Shown in pieces: positions 6,747 to 11,869 of a DNA stretch of 11,869 bases. Position 1 is the first letter of the stretch, and each line of letters begins with the position of its first letter. Where the stretch lies: the NCBI GenBank assembly GCA_049967475.1, contig JBMFSQ010000049.1, positions 1-11,869 of the forward strand, read 5' to 3'. The notes below the pieces were generated by a model. The model made no database searches, had not been told where the DNA came from, and saw only the letters and a program-made list of their open reading frames with translations. The stretch is from Chthonomonadales bacterium. GTDB lineage: Bacteria; Armatimonadota; Chthonomonadetes; Chthonomonadales; CAJBBX01. Made by a program: the position numbers and the translations under genes.

Positions 6747-7801
6747 GCCTTCCCCCTTTGCCTCAATAGACGCCCGCTATGGTGATTGGGCCGCGTGGAT
6801 GCCGGCACCCGATTACTGGAACCCATGCTCCGTATACGCGCAACATGCGTTGCCAAATCCAACACGGAGCGCGTAAACGTGGCATCCGCGTCTTCCGGTA
6901 TGCACCTGCGGGGACTGCGGATCCAGCTCTCGATCACGAATTGATCCGGTCTTCCGCCCACGGCAGCATAGTCGAATGCCTGCTGCATTACCCCCACATA
7001 CCACGTAATATCGTCCGCCAGCCGGATCTTCTCGAGAGCGGGATAGTCTGCTGCCCAATAGATGAGGCTGAACCGAATTCCCCTGGCGCGGCACAAGTCC
7101 TCGATGCGCTTGACGCCTCGCCAATCCCCGCGACCCACTACGAAATTCTGCCAATCTACATCCAGGCGGAAAAAATCGAGGCCGCGCACGTTCAACTTCG
7201 CCAGTTCGGCCTGAAGCGCATCGAGCCACTTCTCCAAATCTTCGACGGAAAGGAACGGATACGGTTCTATATCCCCAACCATGATGCCGGAATCAAACGC
7301 GCGAACCCGCTGGACGAAGCGCGCCGTTTCCGTGACGGCGTAGGCATCCGGCTTTTTCAACAGGGAACGCACGCAGCAGAGGGGTTCGTCCATGGCGACG
7401 GACCGGAGAGGCGCTCCCAAGCGCAGGAAGCGATCCCACATGGGTTGTTCCGCCCGAAAGGTGTCCTCTGCCGTAGGTCCCCACTCTTTGACTGCGCCCA
7501 CTTCCAGCTCTAACGGCAAGCCCCAGCCGCGCATCTGAGCGAACCACGAACCAAGCTCGCCGTCCCGAAATTGCCGATTGAGTTGATGATCGGCGTACCC
7601 CAGCATCCCAAGGATCCTCCGCGTGCGGCGCCATGCTGCGGGGTGACTGAATAAATCGCGGAAGCACCTTCCGCCGTCGCCGGACGGAGGGTACATGGCA
7701 ACGACCGGAAGGGCAGAACGGGCAGTATCCGCCGGCGGTATCCCTGCCAAGCTCCGCGCCCACAACCCTAATCCGATCATAAGACACGGCACCGCCATCA
7801 T
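6725..7801 (-). CDS. Secreted hypothetical protein (358 aa), glycoside-hydrolase-like alpha/beta barrel suspected
   Basis: RBS GGGAGG upstream of ATG 7801 and an N-terminal signal-like segment. Alternating strand/helix pattern with acidic motifs LELEVG, VAMDEP, VGDIEPYP, FRLDVDW and FVIESW. Overlaps the ankyrin gene start by 22 nt. Confidence 0.8.
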   Translation of the reverse strand: MMAVPCLMIGLGLWARSLAGIPPADTARSALPVVAMYPPSGDGGRCFRDLFSHPAAWRRTRRILGMLGYADHQLNRQFRDGELGSWFAQMRGWGLPLELEVGAVKEWGPTAEDTFRAEQPMWDRFLRLGAPLRSVAMDEPLCCVRSLLKKPDAYAVTETARFVQRVRAFDSGIMVGDIEPYPFLSVEDLEKWLDALQAELAKLNVRGLDFFRLDVDWQNFVVGRGDWRGVKRIEDLCRARGIRFSLIYWAADYPALEKIRLADDITWYVGVMQQAFDYAAVGGRPDQFVIESWIRSPRRCIPEDADATFTRSVLDLATHVARIRSMGSSNRVPASTRPNHHSGRLLRQRGKAWFRHNG

Positions 7802-8191
7802 CGCTTACCTCCCGTGGCTGGGCGCTCACCGCACCAGCAAGGCACATCACCAGGCCGGGCTCAACGGCGCCCCTCGGAGGCCCGCCCCGGGTTCGGGAAG
7901 CAAAGAGAACGGCTTCCGCGGCCCCGACGGCGCAGCCAGGCACTGTTCCCCAATCTCTCCGGTGATTATGCGACAAACCGCCGATCAATGCGACGGTCCC
8001 TCGGACCCCGGGAACAAACTTCCGCCTCCTACGCCCTTCCCTTCCATCCGTCCACGGTGGGATTAAAGGGGGCAAACCTATTGTGCCCGTCCGCAGGCAT
8101 ATGGTGGAGATCGCCGCTCAATGTTATCGCCCTTGTGTTCACTATTATGCGGGCATTTCCCTCGAGCAAGGACCTATGCAGCCGCCGACCG

Positions 8192-8221
8192 TTGACAGGC
8201 GAGCGTTAAGTGCAGTATCAT
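8192..8221 (+). promoter_or_regulatory. Near-consensus sigma70 promoter
   Basis: TTGACA (8192-8197)-N18-TATCAT (8216-8221); predicted start of transcription ~8228. Confidence 0.55.
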
Positions 8222-8227
8222 GGCGTG

Positions 8228-8322
8228 CTGCTCAGGCTGAGGGCTAACCGCACCCTGAGCAGGGCGGGGCCGGCAGCCAATAATGAAACCGCCGAACGCC
8301 GCAAATTGTGCGGGATTTTTAT
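8228..8322 (+). ncRNA. Candidate ~95-nt small RNA or attenuated leader
   Basis: Begins at the predicted sigma70 +1 with the 9-bp stem CTGCTCAGG (8228-8236) / CCTGAGCAG (8254-8262) and ends with CCGCA-AATTG-TGCGG-GATTTTTAT (8299-8322). No known RNA family recognised. Confidence 0.25.
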
Positions 8323-8345
8323 GCCAGCCGGGCCCGAACCGCGAG

Positions 8346-8365
8346 TTTGGCACGATTTATGCAGT
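8346..8365 (+). promoter_or_regulatory. sigma54 (RpoN) -24/-12 promoter P2
   Basis: TTTGGCACGATTTATGCAGT: GG(8349-8350)-N10-GC(8361-8362)A, oriented toward the ligase-wzm-wzt operon and 18/20 identical to 279-298. Confidence 0.85.
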
Positions 8366-8741
8366 AGCCTTGTTTGGGATGTGCTCCTTGGCGACGGATC
8401 GCCGGAGCGCTCGCCGTAGATGGGCAGTAACTGCACCATGGGCAGTACGTCAACTGGTTTCTTGCTCGCAGTACATCGAAGTGCCGCCTCCAACCGGATC
8501 GGCGCGCCGCGGCAGGGATGCACACCAGCAGCCAACCGGTGCCACCGCCCGAACTTTGTACGGACCGTTCCGCGCGCCTGCCCGCACCCGTACGGCCGCG
8601 GCTCGAGCCGATAGAACGCCCGTGGGTGCCGATGCAGGACCGAGTGTCTGCGCTCCGGTCCCTACACGCTAATTGAATAACGCGGTCCTGATTGCCGCAT
8701 CCGGTTTCACTCCCGGTTCATCCATGAGGATGTAATCGAGA

Positions 8742-10232
8742 GTGCTACGCATTGCCTGGAACATGAAGCAGGATATCACGCCTCCAGCTATGGCCTACCC
8801 GCTGCCGGGATCCGCTCGTCTCAAGCGGTCTACGGTAATCAAGCTCATTCTTGCGGGCATCCTGTTCCTCTTGGTGGTCATCTCGTACCTTTCGGGAGCC
8901 ATCGAGAACGAACCCTCCAAAGCGGTTGCCTCCACGGGCATCGTCGTCCTCGCGATGTTGATCGGCATCGCACTCATCCTGTGGGATGTGCGCTTTGGCG
9001 TGGCGATCTTTCTGGTGACCTCCGCCCTCTCACCCCGCATCGGGACGAATTTCCGCCTGACGGACTTCATCACGCCCATCATGCTCCTCTCTTGGGGCGG
9101 GCTCGTTCTCCGCGGCCAGCGGGCAACGCTTCGGACACCTGTTACCGTGCCGATCGTACTCGTAAGCCTGCTCATGATCGGCTCGACGCTCTACGGCCTA
9201 GGTATAGGAATGGTGCCCGATTACATGGCTGCGGTGTACATCATCGGGAAGCGGCTGGAGTATTTCGCCATCTTCTTTATGGCCCTCAACGTAATCCAGG
9301 ATCGGGGCTGGGCCCGAGCTACCCTCGCCATCTTTCTTTTGGGCGCGCTGGCCGGCGCCATGATCAGCCTTGCCACAGCCCAGGCCGACACGGACGTCCA
9401 CGCCCGCCGCGCAGTAGGATTGGACGAGGCGAATTACAACACCTTTGCCGGCTTCCTCACCCTTGCCGTGGGTCTCTCCCTCGCCGGGGCTCTCCAGGCA
9501 AAGAACCGCATCCTCCGCCCAGCCCTGGGCTTCCTGGCGGTCGTCTTCATCGTGGCCATGCTCAAGAGCTACTCCCGTGAGGGTTACGTCATCCTTGCGG
9601 TGGCGCTCATTATGCTCGGCGTGCTGCGGTACCGCATCCTACTGCCCATCCTGGCGATCTCCGCCTTGGTAAGTCCCTGGGTACTGCCGAAATCCGTCAT
9701 CGAACGCGCCATAGACACGGTCACCCAGGTGAAGGAGTATAACCAGGGCGACGTGGGCGGAAACTCCTTCTCGGCGCGCCTTTCCGCGTGGGACTGGCGC
9801 CTCTCCGAATGGTTCGCCAAAAGCCCGATCCTCGGTACTGGGGTAGGCAGCATCGAGCTTTCGGTGGATAATGAGTACGTGCTGAGGCTTTGTGAAGGGG
9901 GTACGCTGGGCTTTTTGGCCTTTCTGATTTTACTGGCTTCGTTGTGGCGCTTCCTTGCCCGCACAGCCCATGCCTTGAGGGGTACCGAGTTGGAGCCCTT
10001 CGCCTACGGCTTCCTGGCTGCCTTCGTGGCGCTCATCGTGCAGGGTACCGTAGCAGCTACCTTTACCACAATCCGCACCATGGAACCCTTCTGGGTGATT
10101 GCCGGCCTCCTAGGCGGCGCGGTCCTAGCCGAGGCCAACCGCTTGCCGGCCCCAGAAACCGCTCACGCCGAAGCCGCTCCGGCTCAACCTGCCCGATCAA
10201 CCCTCCCGCCGTTCATGCCGAGGAGCGTGTGA
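8742..10232 (+). CDS. O-antigen ligase / Wzy_C family polytopic membrane protein (ligase, polymerase or O-oligosaccharyltransferase)
   Basis: Many hydrophobic helices and family-typical motifs NYNTFAGFL, SYSREGY, SFSARLSAW, PILGTGVG and VDNEYVLRLCEGGTLG. Start is GTG 8742 (GAGGA at 8726-8730) or ATG 8763/8790. Directly upstream of wzm-wzt. Confidence 0.85.
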   Translation: MLRIAWNMKQDITPPAMAYPLPGSARLKRSTVIKLILAGILFLLVVISYLSGAIENEPSKAVASTGIVVLAMLIGIALILWDVRFGVAIFLVTSALSPRIGTNFRLTDFITPIMLLSWGGLVLRGQRATLRTPVTVPIVLVSLLMIGSTLYGLGIGMVPDYMAAVYIIGKRLEYFAIFFMALNVIQDRGWARATLAIFLLGALAGAMISLATAQADTDVHARRAVGLDEANYNTFAGFLTLAVGLSLAGALQAKNRILRPALGFLAVVFIVAMLKSYSREGYVILAVALIMLGVLRYRILLPILAISALVSPWVLPKSVIERAIDTVTQVKEYNQGDVGGNSFSARLSAWDWRLSEWFAKSPILGTGVGSIELSVDNEYVLRLCEGGTLGFLAFLILLASLWRFLARTAHALRGTELEPFAYGFLAAFVALIVQGTVAATFTTIRTMEPFWVIAGLLGGAVLAEANRLPAPETAHAEAAPAQPARSTLPPFMPRSV

Positions 10233-10237
10233 ACTCC

Positions 10238-11170
10238 ATGGAAGAAACCGCCGTCGAGTTGACGGTTACCCAAGACGAGCCGCAAGCCCTTCCCGAAGAG
10301 CCTATGCAGTCCCCTGCATCGGATGCGCCTCATCCGGAAGGCGCCGAACCGCCTCTGCGCGTAATCGAACCGCCTAAGGGGCTTACAGGCATCAATTGGG
10401 GCGAACTGTGGCGCTACCGGGAATTGCTTTATTTCCTCACGTGGCGCGACGTGAAGGTGCGCTACAAGCAGACGGTGCTCGGCGCTGCCTGGGCCATCCT
10501 GCAGCCCCTCACCCAGATGGTGGTCTTCACCATCTTCTTCGGAAGGCTCGCAGGTATCGGGCAGAAGACGGGCGGCACTCCCTACCCCATCTACGTGTAT
10601 GCCGGGTTGCTGCCCTGGACCTTCTTCGCCAATTCCGTTACCAATTGCGCCAACGCGCTCGTAGGCAATACCAACCTCATTACGAAGGTCTACTTCCCGA
10701 GGTTGGTGATCCCCTTTGCCACCGTGGGTGCGGCCTTGGTGGATCTGGCGGTGTCCTTCGCAGTCCTCATCGCTCTCATGCTGTGGTACGGCACCCACCT
10801 TACGTGGCAGATTGCCTACGTGCCGTTGTTCCTGGTGGGCACCCTATTGGCGGCAGGAGGCGTGGGAAGCCTGCTCTCCGCCTTGACTGTGGCGTATCGG
10901 GACTTCCGGTATGTAGTGCCCTTCCTCATCCAGATATGGCTCTTCGTAACGCCGGTGATTTACCCTTCCAAGATGGTGCCGGGGCGGTGGCGATGGCTGC
11001 TGGACCTGAACCCTATGTCCGGCCTGATCGAGGGCTTCCGGGCGGCTTTCTTGGGCGGGCGGATGGATTGGCCCCACATCGCGTTATCCTTCGCGGTGTC
11101 TGCCGCGCTCTTCCTTGCCGGCGCCGTCTACTTCCGCTCTACGGAGCGGCGCTTTGCGGACATCATCTGA
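10238..11170 (+). CDS. wzm: ABC-2 type polysaccharide/polyol-phosphate export permease (Wzm/TagG family)
   Basis: ELWRYRELLYFLTWRDVKVRYKQTVLGAAWAILQP, NLITKVYFPR, YRDFRYVVP, TPVIYP, LNPMSGLIEGFR, ERRFADII. GAGGAG at 10220-10225; start is ATG 10238 or GTG 10229 (GTGA overlap with the upstream stop), not 9944. Confidence 0.95.
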   Translation: MEETAVELTVTQDEPQALPEEPMQSPASDAPHPEGAEPPLRVIEPPKGLTGINWGELWRYRELLYFLTWRDVKVRYKQTVLGAAWAILQPLTQMVVFTIFFGRLAGIGQKTGGTPYPIYVYAGLLPWTFFANSVTNCANALVGNTNLITKVYFPRLVIPFATVGAALVDLAVSFAVLIALMLWYGTHLTWQIAYVPLFLVGTLLAAGGVGSLLSALTVAYRDFRYVVPFLIQIWLFVTPVIYPSKMVPGRWRWLLDLNPMSGLIEGFRAAFLGGRMDWPHIALSFAVSAALFLAGAVYFRSTERRFADII

Positions 11171-11173
11171 ACC

Positions 11174-11869
11174 ATGAGCCATCCCGCCATTCGAGTGGAA
11201 CATCTCTCCAAGCAGTACCAGATCGGCGAGCTCGCCAGTCGGTACGACTATATCACCTTCCGCGAGGCTTTGGTGCGCGCCGTGAAGGCGCCCATCCGCC
11301 GGATGCGGTCGCTCCAGGGCCGCGCACCCGAGAGCCAATCCATTTGGGCGCTGAAGGACGTGAGCTTCGAGGTGCAACCCGGCGAGGTGGTGGGCATCAT
11401 CGGCCGGAACGGGGCAGGCAAATCCACATTGTTGAAGATCCTCTCCCAGATTACAGAGCCCACGGAGGGGCGAGTGGAGATGCGGGGCCGCGTAGCCAGC
11501 CTGCTGGAGGTGGGTACGGGCTTCCACCCGGAACTTACCGGCCGAGAGAATATCTACCTGAACGGGGCGATCCTGGGCATGACGCGCCGGGAGATTGACC
11601 GCAAGTTCGACGAGATTGTGGATTTCAGCGGCGTGGAGCGCTTTATAGACACTCCCGTGAAGCGCTACTCCAGCGGGATGTACCTGCGGTTGGCCTTCGC
11701 CGTAGCCGCCCACCTGGACCCCGAGATCCTGATTGTGGACGAGGTACTGGCCGTAGGCGACGCAGCCTTCCAGAAGAAGTGTTTGGGCCGGATGGGTGAA
11801 GTAGCCCGCTCCGGCCGAACGGTGCTGTTCGTGAGCCACAACATGGCGGCGGTAAAAGCGCTGTGTACG
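11174..11869 (+). CDS. wzt: ABC transporter ATP-binding subunit for polysaccharide export (Wzt/TagH family), truncated by the window edge
   Basis: Absent from the ORF track because there is no stop in the window. Manual translation from ATG 11174: [25 protein letters not shown].., Walker [28 protein letters not shown], signature YSSGM, Walker B ILIVDE, H-loop FVSH. Confidence 0.96.
   Translation, partial: MSHPAIRVEHLSKQYQIGELASRYDYITFREALVRAVKAPIRRMRSLQGRAPESQSIWALKDVSFEVQPGEVVGIIGRNGAGKSTLLKILSQITEPTEGRVEMRGRVASLLEVGTGFHPELTGRENIYLNGAILGMTRREIDRKFDEIVDFSGVERFIDTPVKRYSSGMYLRLAFAVAAHLDPEILIVDEVLAVGDAAFQKKCLGRMGEVARSGRTVLFVSHNMAAVKALCT

Noticed and set aside
8068..8100. GGCAAACC resembling the start of a c-di-GMP-I riboswitch
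   Set aside because: No GNRA-capped P2 stem and no downstream GACGCAAAGC-like segment.
8286..8293. AAACCGCC read as an ops element (GGCGGTTT on the minus strand)
   Set aside because: Wrong strand for the polysaccharide operon and mismatched to GGCGGTAG.
7293..8672. ORFs crossing the divergent intergenic region (7293-8075, 7695-8066, 7814-8209, 8210-8419, 8218-8535, 8283-8672)
   Set aside because: Arg/Pro/Gly-rich, no clear RBS or motifs, and they overlap real genes or promoter elements. The shared WHDLC peptide in ORFs 203-523 and 8210-8419 merely reflects the duplicated sigma54 DNA motif.
9944..10228. N-terminal extension of the Wzm ORF in the ORF track
   Set aside because: It lies within the ligase gene; the RBS and overlap pattern support a start at 10229 or 10238.
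1..11869. CRISPR array, IS/transposase, integrase, tRNA/rRNA, reverse transcriptase or defence genes
   Set aside because: No regularly spaced repeats, terminal inverted repeats or diagnostic motifs were seen by eye.

Overview
GC-rich bacterial genomic window devoted to cell-surface and carbohydrate functions; no mobile element, CRISPR array, rRNA or tRNA is visible. Left to right: (1) a dyad-rich regulatory region with a sigma54 (RpoN) -24/-12 promoter ahead of a secreted Pro/Cys-rich multidomain protein with an SdrD-B-like domain (414-2198), followed by a strong hairpin; (2) a ~1000-aa secreted protein with two carbohydrate-binding-like modules and a glycoside-hydrolase-like barrel (2357-5413), translationally coupled to a single-pass membrane protein (5410-6102); (3) a convergent minus-strand pair, a secreted glycoside-hydrolase-like hypothetical protein (7801-6725) and an ankyrin-repeat lipoprotein (6746-6099); (4) a ~940-bp divergent intergenic region with a near-consensus sigma70 promoter, a second sigma54 promoter that is 18/20 nt identical to the first, and a long structured leader; (5) the start of a glycan-export operon: an O-antigen-ligase/Wzy_C-family membrane protein, wzm, and wzt (cut by the window edge). 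The main hypothesis is a shared sigma54 regulon coupling a secreted surface protein to an ABC-dependent glycan export/ligation system, possibly surface-protein glycosylation. All family calls come from motifs recognised by eye; no database search was run.
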